Positions 1 to 14,293 of a stretch of DNA of 64,000 bases are shown here, piece after piece. Under the pieces are notes generated by a model. The model saw only the letters and a list, made by a program, of their open reading frames with translations, was not told where the DNA came from and searched no databases. Numbering within the stretch: the stretch's first letter is position 1; the number at the start of each line of letters is the position of its first letter. The position numbers and the translations under genes are program-made. Source of the stretch: Octopus vulgaris (Eukaryota); the NCBI GenBank assembly GCA_951406725.2, contig OX597832.1, forward strand, positions 17,980,001 to 18,044,000, read 5' to 3'.

Positions 1-409
1 CAAAATCGATTATATCCTAGTAACACAGTGTTTCGGCAAATGGCCCGAGAGATAACCTGCACAAATACAGTTTGAATTTAGAATGTAAAGTTATAAAATC
101 AATTATTCCAGGTCATATTTTCCCGTACTGTAATTTTAGCATATACCTTTTAATCTTAAAAGGTATATGCTTCCATATGGAGAGTGTAGAGCATCCACAT
201 ATTTAGGGGATATTAAATGTTCATTATCTTAACTCCAACACGTGACTACAACATATTATGTCGACACCGGAAGTATGAATGTCAGAGTCTTCTCTGACGA
301 GAGGATGTGACATCAAAACAGGCTATTATTTTAAAGGAAGCTGATTTTGCCCGTTTCTCTACCGGTTCTGATCTCTCGCACCTTAATATATTAACAGCAT
401 CGATAGTGG

Positions 410-457
<48 letters not shown>

Positions 458-464
458 CGACGAC

Positions 465-516
<52 letters not shown>

Positions 517-528
517 GTGATGGTGATG
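410..528. repeat. (GAT)n trinucleotide microsatellite
   Basis: Direct reading of the sequence. Explains the poly-M/poly-I ORFs at 282-600. Confidence 0.97.
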
Positions 529-937
529 AGTAGGAGCTGGAGAATTTGGGATGTTGAAGATAATAAAAATAATAAGTCGAAGAGTAACAAAGGAAAATAA
601 GCGTAAGATATGCTAAATAAAAAATTTACAAGAAAAAAAAAACATATCTAATAGACAACTTTTGGTAGTTCAAGAAAAAATATTGGCATAATTAATAACG
701 ATAATGGAGACAACATGATTTATTTGGGTAAATGGGTGCAATAGTGAAAAAAAAGATTGAAGCAATTCTAATGGCGGCAGCTATTGTTGTTGTTGTTGTT
801 GCTGTTCAAATAATAATAATAATAGTGATTATTATTATTAGTATTGTTATTCTTCATGATCGTGAAAATTATAACGTTGATTATGATCGTCAAAATATTC
901 ATCGTTACGAAAATGATAAACACGAGAAAGAGCACGA

Positions 938-1358
<421 letters not shown>

Positions 1359-1914
1359 TAATAGTTTCATTTATTTGCCACGAAGGCGAAGGGTGGGGTT
1401 GACAGAGTGCAGCTACTGCTGCCGGCATTGTTGATGCCAATGGTAATAGTAATGATGGTGATAGTGACGACGACTAAAATGATTTTAACAATCTAAACCC
1501 CATCCATTAATATAATGAAAATGGTGATATTTCTGGAGACGATACTCAGCAAGATTTATTCGATGACGGCAATGATCATGATGACAATGACATTGACGAT
1601 GATTATGATGATCACGGCTATGAATATGATAATGCTACTACAAACTAATTATATCATTAACACAATTATTATAATTAAGAAGAATGAAGACGGCGATGAT
1701 GATGATGATGGTCTTGCTTGTCTTGTAAATTATGTCTGGTAGATTTTTTAATGCTGTAATGGTATTTTTGGCTTAAAAAATTCTCTTTCTGTGTATCTAC
1801 ACCAATCTCCATCAATGGAAATATGAGTAAAACTAAGAAATAAACGAAAAACAAACGAAGTCTGTGATAGAAAAGTACATACATACGCACAGACATATAC
1901 ACACATACATACAT

Positions 1915-2241
1915 AAAGAGCACTCCGTCGGTTGGGACGACGAGGGTCCCAACTGATACAATCAACGGAACAGCTTGCTCGTGAAATTAACGTGCAAGTC
2001 GCTGAGCAGTCCACAAACACGTATACCCTTAACGTAGTTCTCGGGAGATTCAGCGTGACACGAGAGTGTGACAAGGCTGGCCCTTTGAAAACAGGTACTA
2101 CTAATTTTTCCCACCTGAGTGGACTTGAGCAACGTGAAATAAAGTGTCTTGCTTCAGTGCACAGCGCGCCACCGGGAATTGAACTCACGACCTTACGATC
2201 ATGAGCTGAATGCCCCTAACTACTAAGCGACGCGCCTTCAC
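1915..2241 (-). mobile_element. tRNA-derived SINE, family C (near full length)
   Basis: Minus strand begins gtgaaggcgcgtcgcttagtagttagg (A-box-like) ... gtgagttcaattcccgg (B-box-like), then gcaagacactttatttcacgttgctc. Degenerate relatives at about 3180-3308, 35290-35400, 40000-40125, 52150-52240 and 55355-55400. Confidence 0.8.
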
Positions 2242-2632
2242 ACCACACATAAGTACATGCATGCATACAAATATACATTGATACATGAATGCATGTACAC
2301 TTACACAAATATATGTATGTATACATGCATACATACAAACATACATGCATACATACACGTACGCATACATCCCTAAATGCTTAATTGTAAATTTAGATAC
2401 ACCTGGATTTTCAGAAAATGAATCACCCAGCTGACAACAAATCAATCAAGTGACAATACAAAATCTGTAAGCGGAAGAGTAAGACTGTGAAAGACATTTC
2501 TCGGGATTAATATGTGACATTGTTTCCGTTATGTGAATTCCAACGATGGAGCATTGTATATTTGTTATCATCCAACTCCTTTTTCAGAAGAATAATTTAA
2601 ATAATCAAAAACAAAAAAGAAATTACGTATAT

Positions 2633-2720
<88 letters not shown>

Positions 2721-3179
2721 TTGTGTGTGTGTGTGTGTGATGGCCTTTCTTCGTTCTCGAGTGTAAGCTGACGATGCTAGAACCTCAAGCGATGCCAAGG
2801 CATGACGCTTTGTATAGTGAGGTGAGGACTTGAACACAACAAGCCCCTGAACAACGATAACAGATACCATAAAATAACATCACTGGCTACCATCGAGTTG
2901 CGAGATTTACGTCATAGTATTTCTTTTCCTATATATGAAAAGACTAGATTTCACTTCAGTAATGTTCTGCACCATGCCTTCGTTATCATATATGCACACA
3001 TACGTAACTACATACATGCATACATATATACATATATACATTATGTATATTTCAGTATCGACCAGATTATCAGATACTGTTATACATCGCTGAACACAAT
3101 GAGCGTAGCATTGTTTTACCTTCCGAATGACGTCACCCGCCTTAAGTGGAAGGATATTGAGTTTCGGGGTCACATATAG

Positions 3180-3308
3180 ACAGCTGAGTGGACTGGATCA
3201 CCACTAAATGAAGTATTTTAGTAATAACGCTCTGCCCAGTCTGGCATTCGAACTACAATCTTGTGATCGTGAAAGCAACAGCATAGTCACTAGGACATGC
3301 GTTTTCAC
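3180..3308 (-). mobile_element. Degenerate SINE family C head
   Basis: cagctgagtggactgga...ttcgaactacaatcttgtgatcgtga...cactaggacatgcgttttcac aligns by eye with 2110-2241. Confidence 0.6.
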
Positions 3309-4555
3309 GTTTATGTATATACCTATCCTATGTACGGATAGGCACATAGGTTATAAGAACAGACAAGTACACATACGCAAATGCAGACTGAAACTTATGA
3401 CCACATACACACACACTTTACTCCACACAAGGACACATATAGAGACACAGATCCACACATATAGAAAAGCACATCCATACATACAGACATGGTACATATT
3501 TGCATAACACACACACACACAGACATGCACACACAAGGAGACAGAGGTGCATACATATACAAACACACTCTCACGCATACACATACATAGAAAATACACG
3601 AACATGGATATGCAAGCACATGTATATACAGGATACATACATACAGATGTACACATACATACATATATACATATGCATACACACACATATATACACATAC
3701 TCACATAATACACACATACATCAGTACATGCATTCATAGGCACACAAACACACACACACATTGACCCACACACATGCGCATAAACAAACAAAAAGAAACG
3801 CGGTGTAAATAACGGACAGTCAAGATTATTGAAAAGGTTGCAAGGCGCGACGAAAATTTTAGGAAAATAAAAATAAGAAATAAGTGGAAATTTTAGTGGT
3901 GACTGTGTTACAATATAATGCACAAAAAGAAAATGACTCTCCCCAGATGCAACAGAAGATGCTTCAACACACGAACTCATATAAATAATCTTGCAAATAT
4001 AACAATATATATAAAAATATTATATGGAGAGATACGCATATACTTATGTCATATGTATATGTGTATATATATATATATGTGTGTGTATATATATGTGTGT
4101 GTATGTGTGTGTGTGTGAAAATCAGACGAGAGAGTATATGAGAAACAAGGCGAAGGACAGGGAACTTACAATGTAAAAAAAATAAGACAACACAGAAAAT
4201 AATTAATAATATTTTAGTAAGAATATATATATAAAAAATGAGGTACCGGGAGAAAGATATATAATGGTGAAAGCATACTCTGACGGTTGTCTTTTACTGT
4301 AACAATAGATGGAAAAAATAAATTACTGCATAATTAAATCATTTATTTTTATGTCAACCTTAAGTCCTTCTTCATTACAGTTAACAACATTTCAGAAAAC
4401 AATTATGATATTTAAAAAAAAAAACGCAAAATAAAAGAATAATATTCCTGGCTCATTTTTGAAATCTTAATTTATAATATGTAAAAGATGTTTCAAATTT
4501 TAATCTTTTTATGGTAATTTACCCCGTATTTTTTTCCGTCTTCGGTTAGCTTCAC

Positions 4556-4575
4556 ATAATAATAATAATAATGAA

Positions 4576-4606
<31 letters not shown>

Positions 4607-4656
4607 GTAATAATAATAATAAAATAATAATACTAAAAATAATAATAATAATAATA

Positions 4657-4704
<48 letters not shown>

Positions 4705-4838
4705 TTAGTGATAATAATAATAATACTAAAAATAAAAATAATGATAATAATAATAATACTAAAAATAATAATAATGATAATAATAAAAAATAATTTTTAT
4801 CATTATTATCCTTATCATTATCATCAACATTATTGTTC

Positions 4839-4870
<32 letters not shown>

Positions 4871-4898
4871 GTTATTATTATTATTATTATTATTATTA

Positions 4899-4952
<54 letters not shown>
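4556..4952. repeat. (AAT)n then (TTA)n microsatellite
   Basis: Direct reading of the sequence. Confidence 0.95.
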
Positions 4953-4955
<3 letters not shown>

Positions 4956-5217
4956 CTATATTTATATATGCGTTATATTTTATAACTCATTCTTCTCTTC
5001 CCTTTTTAACTTCTTTTGTTTGTTATTCTTTATAAAATATATGATATTGCAATTAATTTTTCTTTGCTGTTGTCCCTAATCCTCAAAACAAATAAAGTAA
5101 AAAATAAAATACAAAAATTTGACGAAATCATGGAATAATCTACTTCCTGCTATGAGAGACAGAAATTAAATAGTATTTCAAAATAACTGAAACATGAGGA
5201 AAAAATATGAAAAATGC

Positions 5218-5442
5218 TTTCTTCTTCTTCTTTTTCTTCTTGCTCATCTTCTACGCATTCGTCTTCTTCTTCTTCTTCTTCTTCTTCTTCTTCTTCTTCT
5301 TCTTCTTCTTCTTCTTCTTCTTCTTCTTCTTCTTTTTCTTCTTCTTCGTATTTTTCTCCTCTTCCTTCTTCCTTCATCCACTTCATCTCCTCATCATCCT
5401 TCTTCAACATCTTCTTATTCTTCTTGCTCATCCTCTACGCCT

Positions 5443-5510
<68 letters not shown>

Positions 5511-5930
5511 TTCTTCTTCTTCTTCTTCTTCTTCTTCTACTTCTTCTTCTTGCTCATCTTCTACGCATTCTACTTCTTCTTTTTCGTTCTTTTTTCTTCT
5601 TCTCCTTCGTCATCTTCTTGATACTTCCTCTTCTTCTCCTCCTCCTCTTTCTTCTTCTTCTCCTCCTCCTCTTTCTTCTTCGTTTCCTCCTCCATATCCT
5701 CATTCTACCCCTCCCCTCCTCCTTCTTCTTGTTCTTGTTCTCGTTCTTTTTGTCGTTGTTGTTGTTGTTGTCCTTCTTCTTCTTCTTCTTGTTCTTCTTC
5801 ATCTTCTTTTTCTTTCTGCTTTCTAGTTTCTAGTCGTCGTCATTATCTTCGGCGTTGTCATCGTCGTCGTCTTCTTCCTATTATCCTTCCTATTTTTACT
5901 GTCCTTCTTGTTGTTATTATTATCATTATC

Positions 5931-5974
<44 letters not shown>

Positions 5975-6222
5975 AGTAGTAGCACCAGTAGTAGTAGCAT
6001 CAGAAGAAGAAGAAAAAAATGAAGAAGAAGAAGAAGAAAGAAAAAATTAAGAAGAAGAAGAAGAAGAGGAAGAAGAAGAAGAAGAGGAAGAAGAAGAAGA
6101 AAAAAAAGAAGGAGGTGAAGAAGAAGAAGAAAAAGAAGAAGAAGAAAAAGAAGAAGAAGAAGAAGAAGAAGAAGAAGAAGAAGAAGAAGAAGAAGAAGAA
6201 GAAGAAGAAGAAGAAGAAGAAA
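5218..6222. repeat. (CTT)n tract, (TAG)n tract, then (AAG)n tract
   Basis: Direct reading. The block ttcttgctcatc(t/c)tctacgc recurs three times within the CTT tract. Confidence 0.95.
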
Positions 6223-6810
6223 AAACCAGCAGCAGTCGTATTTAGTAGCTCTAGCAATTCTAGTTACAGCAGCAGGAGTACTAATTTTAGGGAAATTTTC
6301 ATAAAAGTAATCTACCTCTAACTCATCAAATGTCATGAACAATTTTAGGTGTGCATGCGTTTTATCTTTCATTTTTCAGTGTATGCGCGGCTGTGTGCAT
6401 GTATACACATACGAATGTATGCTTGTATACACACACATACAGACACACTCACACGTGTGTCTAGAGTAAGGCATAATTCGCTCTATATGTAGTCTCCATT
6501 TCCTAATGCGTTATTAAATCATAATTTTCACCATCTTGTTTCAAATACACCCGTTCACGAAGATGTGCCGGCGTATCCGGTGTCATTGTTTAGGGTACAT
6601 TTCATTTGACTCCCGAGTTGACATTACAATTTAAATTATTTTATTCTCTTTACTTTCCAGCAGGGTTTATTTTTTAATTTAGCTCTTTTCTAAATGGAGT
6701 AAAATGAAGCAGTACATTATGTTAATTAAAATGTAACGATTAAGTTTACCGGTTCCCATAGCATCTCACACAGACATACCCCTCCGCAGACGTTACATAT
6801 GTACACACAC

Positions 6811-7108
6811 ACATACATATATACATACATATTTACTAACATTCACACAGACACATACATATATACATACATATTTACTAACATTCACACAGACACATAC
6901 AGATATACATACATATTTACTAATATTCACACAGACACATACATATATACATACATATTTACTAACATTCACACAGCCACATACATATATACATACATAT
7001 TTACTAACATTCACACAGTCACATACATATATACATACATATTTACTAACATTCACACAGACGCATACATATATAGATACATATTTACTAACATTCACAC
7101 AGACACAT
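6811..7108. repeat. 42-bp minisatellite, about 7 copies
   Basis: Unit acatacatatatacatacatatttactaacattcacacagac. Gives the 14-aa periodic ORFs 6793-7158 and 6799-7182. Confidence 0.95.
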
Positions 7109-7181
7109 ACGCAAACAAACACACAATAATTTACATGTATGTGTACACCCGCACACATACACCCCCACGCACATATATATA

Positions 7182-7330
7182 GGCACAGGCATGACTGTAT
7201 GGAAAGAACATAGTTCCAGGTTCGTTCCCACTTTGCGACACCTTGGGCAAATATCTTCTACTGTAGCCTAGGTCCGACAAAAGTCTTGTGAATGGCTTCG
7301 TTAGACGGAAACTGAAAGAAGCCCGTTGTA
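7182..7330 (+). mobile_element. tRNA-derived SINE family A, head only
   Basis: ggcacaggcatgactgtatgg...ccaggttcgttcccac...ccttgggcaa...gacggaaactgaaagaagcccgttg matches the full copy at 27229-27621. Confidence 0.85.
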
Positions 7331-7348
7331 TATATATATATAGAAATA

Positions 7349-7580
7349 TATTTCTTTACTATCCACAACGGGCTAAACACAGAGGGGACAAAGAAGGACA
7401 GACAAAGCGATTAAGTCGATTCCATCGAACCCAGTGCGTAACTGGTACTTAATACATCGACCCCGAAAGGATGAAAGGTAATGTCAACCTCGGCGGAATT
7501 TGAACTCAGAATGTAACGGCAGACGAAATACGGCTACGCATTTCGCCCGGCGTGTTACCGTTTCTGCCAGCTCACCGCCT

Positions 7581-7581
<1 letters not shown>
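7349..7581 (-). mobile_element. SINE family B, full length
   Basis: Minus strand aaggcggtgagctggcagaaacgg...gagttcaaattccgccgagg...ggggtcgat...gtcccctctgtgtttagccc. Close to the copies at 16765, 24661 and 43364. Confidence 0.9.
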
Positions 7582-7619
<38 letters not shown>

Positions 7620-7670
7620 TCACACATGCACACACATATATATATATATACATGCATAGCATGCATACAT

Positions 7671-7731
<61 letters not shown>

Positions 7732-7833
7732 GATAGATAGATAGAGATATAGTTAATCCAAACATGAAAACACAGATAAAACACAGCAAGTATAGTGCTG
7801 TTGGACGCTCTGGAAAGGAAAGAAAGAAGGAGG

Positions 7834-7868
7834 ATTTAACGTTTCGCGCGGGGCTCTTCGTTAGAAAC
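7834..7868 (-). ncRNA. Degenerate minimal type I hammerhead motif (G5A) in a short repeat-like element (about 7760-7910)
   Basis: Minus strand GTTT CTAACGAA GAGC CCC GCGC GAAACGTT AAAT. Same GAAGAGC..GC.CGAAACGT frame as 52944-52979. Confidence 0.55.
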
Positions 7869-7914
7869 ATAGGAAAAGGAAAAATCCAAGGAAAGGAAGA
7901 CATACACACGGAGG

Positions 7915-8058
7915 TTTTCTTGCTACCAAATCCATTTAGAAGGCTGTGGTTGGCTCGCGGCTAGAGTAGTCATTTACAGAACGTGACATGCAGTTGGACT
8001 GAACTCAGAACCATGCGGTTGGAAAGCAAGCTTCTTATATCACAGCCACGCCTTCGCC
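7915..8058 (-). mobile_element. SINE family A head, degenerate
   Basis: gactgaactcagaaccatgcggttggaaagcaagcttct...cacagccacgcc is the reverse complement of the family A head. Confidence 0.8.
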
Positions 8059-8313
8059 TATATATATAAATTTATATCTATGTTCACGAACTCAGAGTCA
8101 CGCAACTAAAATCATGTATATCTATATATATTCGTATACTACATTGTGTGCAAAATATTTGTTTATTTATACCATTTTCAAATGCAGCGCTAATCTCCGC
8201 TAATCTACATGCGTATATGTATGCATACTGACATACATAAGATAATACATATATGTATATTTATCTGTGCAGATGTATATATACATCAAGGCTATGAATA
8301 ACCGTTTATATGC

Positions 8314-8362
<49 letters not shown>

Positions 8363-9225
8363 GACAAGCATGTTTGTATATGAATTAGGATGCGTCGAAA
8401 GCAAATGGTTCCGGGTCTAGTCACCCTGCAAATTAGGCAAGGGCATTCTGCTGGAATCTTGCTATAACTAAGTCCTTGTGAGTGGATTTAGTCGCTGGAA
8501 ATGTATGAGTGGTATCAGAATTCCGAAGCAACTTCACTTCGTTCAATTCTCAAAAGGAAGGTGAATTGGAAGGCCACTCTTACGTATTAAAGACAAATGC
8601 AAAGACTATCTGATGAATGAAGCGATACAACATATCCTCTTCATATGTGTGTGTGTGTGTCTGTGTAAGATGCTGAATTGAATACCATGAATGAAGAGAC
8701 AGAAAATGTCTACAGAGTCATAATATTAATTAATAATATTATTATCTTAATTCATTCCCAATGTTTAAACTGGATGCTCAATCAGGAGTGCAATTTTACA
8801 GGTGACATTTCAAGATTCTTAAGTTCTGAGTTCAAACCCCGGTGAGCTCAACCTGATCTCTTATTGTATCGGGAGCGATAAAAGGACGTACCAAACAAGA
8901 ACAAGGGACATTGCAAGCAATTAACACATTCCCTCTAAGATTTCAAGCAGTGTATTATAATTTTGAAGAATTAATATTCTCATTACGCGTATGGGTATAT
9001 ATGTATGTGTACCAATGTCCTAAAACATAATTTCGTAGATATATGACATAATAATTTCATTCTTATGAACTTCAGATTGAAAGTGGAATACATTCATTAA
9101 GTTTTCTACTTGTATGATGCAGAATGTAAGTTATTATATTGAAATTTACAGTAGATAAAGTAGTGTTAGCTATGTACAAGGAGACATATTACATGAACAT
9201 GATGTTAATATATATATATATATAT

Positions 9226-9378
9226 GGGCATGTCTGAGAGGGCCATTAAGAACAGCAGTGGTCCGAAAACAGTGCCTTGTGGAGCACCGCTCACTATTTG
9301 CGTGTTATTGTAGGTGGCTCCATTGGCTACTACCGCCTGACTTCTATCCTTCAGAAAGTCATGAAGCCATTCTCCCAA
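9226..9378 (-). pseudogene. LINE (CR1/L2/Jockey-group) reverse transcriptase fragment
   Basis: Manual translation LGEWLHDFLKDRSQAVVANGATYNNTQIVSGAPQGTVFGPLLFLMALSDMP matches the non-LTR RT segment W..FL.DR.Q.V..NG...SGVPQG.VLGPLLF....DLP. Not in the ORF track. Confidence 0.9.
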
Positions 9379-9839
9379 AGTCGAGATATATCACAATTAT
9401 ATATATGTACATAAAACACATTTACGTAATGATATACACATATATGCATATACATAAACAATTATATATAAGCGTTAATTTTGGAAAAATATGAAGTTGT
9501 GTATATGTCCGTGTCTGTAAGCGTTTCTGTGTGCATGCACATAAACATCAACATCTATCCTGTATGTATGTGTAGATTAATACGTGTGTATATGCCTAAT
9601 AGTATTTTTGAATTGACTATTGATATGGTTGCCAAACGCACGGAAAATCTTAGCAAAGTAAAAATAAGAAATAAGTGGAGATTTTACCGGTAAAAAGCAC
9701 AAAAAGAAAAATGTCTCTCCCCAGACACAACAGAATATGCTTCAACACACGAACTCACATAAATAATCTTGAAAACCAAATCCCAAAACGAAACATATAT
9801 ATATATATACATATACACATACATGCTAACACACAAACA

Positions 9840-9886
<47 letters not shown>

Positions 9887-10537
9887 AGACATATATATAT
9901 CTATATATGTAGAAAGAGAGATGAGCAGACAGCTAGATATATAGATAAATACATACATATCCATATACATACATGCACACAGGCACATACGCACGTACAC
10001 AGACACAAAGAGACACACACACATACATATATATATACATATAGGCACCACCTTAAGGTAATCACGTGCTTTGAAGTTAGAGCGAAACCACATCCTGACT
10101 TAATGGGCACGTTTTCGGCATCGCCCATTTTTTTTATTAGCATTGCAGAAACAAGGAATAAACGATTGCCTTTCATAGAGAACAATTTCTTTTCTCACCA
10201 CACACACACACACAAACACTAACACAAACACACACAAACACATGTACACCTACTTCCACACGCAGAGACACATCCGCACACATACACACATGGACGTATA
10301 AATTCACTCTTACCTGACATTAACTTACAAAGACATGTAGGCTCACATGTAGCTATACACTAGAATCAATGTACCTTGTGTATGCATGTATGTACGCATG
10401 CACGCATGTATGTATCCATCTATCTATACATTCCTCTCTCTCCCTCTGTATATATATATATATATTTATGTGATATCGTATTATATCAAATTATGTATGT
10501 ATCGCTGTCTTTCTGTCTATATATGTATGTTTATATA

Positions 10538-10612
<75 letters not shown>

Positions 10613-10638
10613 CATATGTTTATATATATATATATGTG

Positions 10639-10670
<32 letters not shown>

Positions 10671-10810
10671 TATCATATATGTATATATGTATATATATAT
10701 ATATCATATATGTATATATAAATATATACATACATATATATGTATGTATATATATATTACCGTTTATGTAGTTCATTTTGCAGCGATACATACACATAGG
10801 CACATATATT

Positions 10811-10900
<90 letters not shown>

Positions 10901-11682
10901 TATATGTACATGCAGACACAAACACACACACACATACACACTCTCTCCCTCTCTCTCTCTATCTCTCTCTCTCACACACATACACATGGTAGTGTGTGAG
11001 TGTACGCGCATGTCTGTGTGTGTGTGTGTCCCTCTGCGGTGTCTTGCGACTGCATGTGTGACAGAGCGTCTGTCAATTGAAGTATATGTATAGTGCGTGC
11101 GTTGTAAGTTTGATTGCTGTGTCGTGTCCGAGGAGGTAAAGTAACTGCTCATAGCTTGAAGGTATTCTCTTCTTTGTAAAAGGTGAAGATACTGCGCAGT
11201 TCTGTTGCCGAGATTTGCAACGATGTTGGCGTTGGTAGGGCTGTTACGATACATGTTGTGGCGGCCCTGTGGTGCGGAGCGATGTTTACGACGGCTGTCG
11301 TTAAGGTGGGACTGGTTGATGATGTCTTTAATTTAATGGATTCGGTGTGATTGTCCTTATATTATGTTTGTTATACACGCACACATACAAACGTACAGAC
11401 ACACACATACTTATATGCATATATATATATCTATATATATATATATATATACACCCACAGATATCTATATATATATATATATATATAAGTACACACACAC
11501 ATACACATATATATACATGTATACGTACATACACACACAAACATATATATAATATATGTATGTGTATTTATATATACAAATATATATGCATATATATATG
11601 TATGTATGTACATATATATATTTATATATATATATATATATGTGTATGTATATGTATATATATACATGTATATATATATATG

Positions 11683-11714
<32 letters not shown>

Positions 11715-11757
11715 TATATAAATATATATATATATACATACATATATATATATATAC

Positions 11758-11806
<49 letters not shown>

Positions 11807-12365
11807 TATATGCGCACATGCTTCATAGGTGCATTGGAAACGCATGTTGCAGACCGACACGAATGTTCAGCGTGCAAATTATATATATTTATGGAATCGT
11901 AATTTATATTCCCGCTTATTTTCCAGCAGCAATTTGAAGAAGTTCGACATCTAGAATTTGGAGAAGTTAGCAATTATATTAACATGAAAGTGCCGTTTAC
12001 CCTGCAGAAATAACGTTAAGTCAGGTTTAACTATATAGGAAGAACTATCAAAAGGAAAAATTTTGATTCCGTGTATGAGAGGTGTAAGTTGGAAAATAAA
12101 ATATAATAAAAAAAGGTGAGAAATAAAGAATGGAAGGATTATAGTGAAAGTGTAGGCGGGGAGTGGGAAAGAATGAAAAAAGAAAGAAAGGAGGCAAGAA
12201 ATAAATAAATAAACAAGGAAAGAAATAACGAATGTAAGATGGGGAAAATGGTAGATTGAGGTGTAAAAGGAGGAAAAAGGGGACTGAAAAAGAAGGTTAA
12301 AGAAGGTTCAGAAAATATGGATGAAAGTGACGAACCTGTGTGTGCTTTGTGTGTAAATTTATACG

Positions 12366-12431
<66 letters not shown>

Positions 12432-12726
12432 CATATATATATATACATATACATATATATATATCCATATAAATACATACATATATATATATATATACAT
12501 GTATACATACATATATATATATAAATACATAAAGATGTATAAATATATATGTACACATACACACACTCATACACACACGTGAACACACCCACCCACAGAC
12601 ACGCACATATATAGATGTATATATACATATATAATATATACACATATATATTTATATATATACACGTACATACATATATATATATCTATATATGTATATA
12701 TACATATATATATACATGTATATGCA

Positions 12727-12783
<57 letters not shown>

Positions 12784-13666
12784 TTATGTATGTATGTGTG
12801 CTTACAATAATAGGTACGTGGATGACGGGAAAAATGGAGGCTTAAATGTTTGGCGACATACAGATGTTGGAGAAAGAATTACGGTTTGAAATTTTACGCG
12901 AACACCCTATATAAATATTGTTAATATGACAATAAAAATTGTCATATTAAGACCTGCACACTGTAAAATATTAAGAATTGCACACTGTTACACATGTTCG
13001 TGTGTGTGTTTGTGTGTGCGTGCGTGAGAGTGTGTATGTATGTGTGTGTATGTGTGTTATCTGCGTTTGTGTGAATGTAAAATATTGTCGCACTAGCAAA
13101 ATTTCATCGAGAGAATATTATTGACATTGTGTACGAAACTATCTATCTATGCATCTATCTATTCATCCCAAAATACACACATATACATATATGTATGCAT
13201 ACACACACACACACACACAAGCACACACACACAAGCACACACACACAAGCACACACACACACACGCACACATATATATATATATTTACTTGACAAAATTT
13301 ATAATTTTATTTTTAATAGGACAAATATTATTTGCAAATAATCACAATGTGCTTGGTGTGTTTGGTCAGAAATATTAATTGCTAATTTATTTTATCGAAG
13401 CCAAATCATGTGTTGTTATCACTGAGTCACGCTTACCTCCGCTTATTACAATCGCGATGTTCTAAATATATATATATGCGAAATTCTCAGTTCAATTAGA
13501 AAAGTTTTACATTGTTAGGTCGAAAGTTAGAGGTCTAATAAAGATTTTTCGTATTACATTTGTAGCTTACTGCTGCAAGTATTTCATTAAATATATGAAA
13601 ATGTTTACAAGTATAACGTGTATTATGAGCATTCATAGAACACATCTTAACAAATAATTACAGGTG

Positions 13667-13706
13667 GAGAAGAGGTTAAAATTTTGATAAATTTTAACCT
13701 CTTCTC
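13667..13706. repeat. Perfect 18-bp inverted repeat with a 4-nt loop
   Basis: gagaagaggttaaaattt-tgat-aaattttaacctcttctc. Confidence 0.9.
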
Positions 13707-13774
13707 TAGTTTTAATTGTTTGTTGACTTTATATAGGACTGTATTCAATTAATGCTCATCATGCACCATATATA

Positions 13775-13901
13775 TATTCTTGTTAACGAAAATACAATAA
13801 CGTACTGCACCGAAATTAATGAATTCTTCGTCCGATTTAAGTAAAAAAGAATATCTATTATAGCAAAACCGGTCCTTTAACATCTATCTCTCCCTCCTTC
13901 T

Positions 13902-13942
<41 letters not shown>

Positions 13943-14095
13943 TTTTTTTTCCAGAATGAGATAAAAAAAAACAAGGCTGGGTCTTACTGACACCATTACC
14001 TCTCGTAACCTCTCTCTCTCTTAATATATATATATATATCTTTCTATGTCTCTGTCTGTCTGCCTATCTGACCGTCCGTCTCCGTCTCTCTCACT

Positions 14096-14140
<45 letters not shown>

Positions 14141-14293
14141 CACACAAACACACAGATCGAGAAACAGAAGGAGGGAGAGATAGATGTTAAAGGACCGTTT
14201 TTGCTATAATAGATATTTCTTTTTTACTTAAATCGGACGAAGAATTCATTAATTTCGGTGCAGTACATTACTGTATTTTCGTTAACAAGAATA
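13775..14293. repeat. Long inverted repeat: ~127-bp arms (13775-13901 and 14166-14293), ~265-bp spacer
   Basis: Arms are reverse complements with about 3 substitutions and 1 indel. Confidence 0.93.

Noticed and set aside
281-325. gtcagag-tctt-ctctgac hairpin overlapping CTGACGA...GATG tga CATC AAAAC
   Set aside because: HHR-like start but AAAA replaces GAAA, and there is no stem I or III.
2768-2800. CTGACGAT GCT...AGC GATG
   Set aside because: No GAAA and no closing stems.
8610-8645. CTGATGA followed by an ATGAAG/CTTCAT stem
   Set aside because: No GAAA..UH half; it runs into (TG)n.
11927-12013. Possible exon after attcccgcttattttccag ([28 protein letters not shown])
   Set aside because: Short, no recognisable homology, no strong donor. 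Expected by chance.
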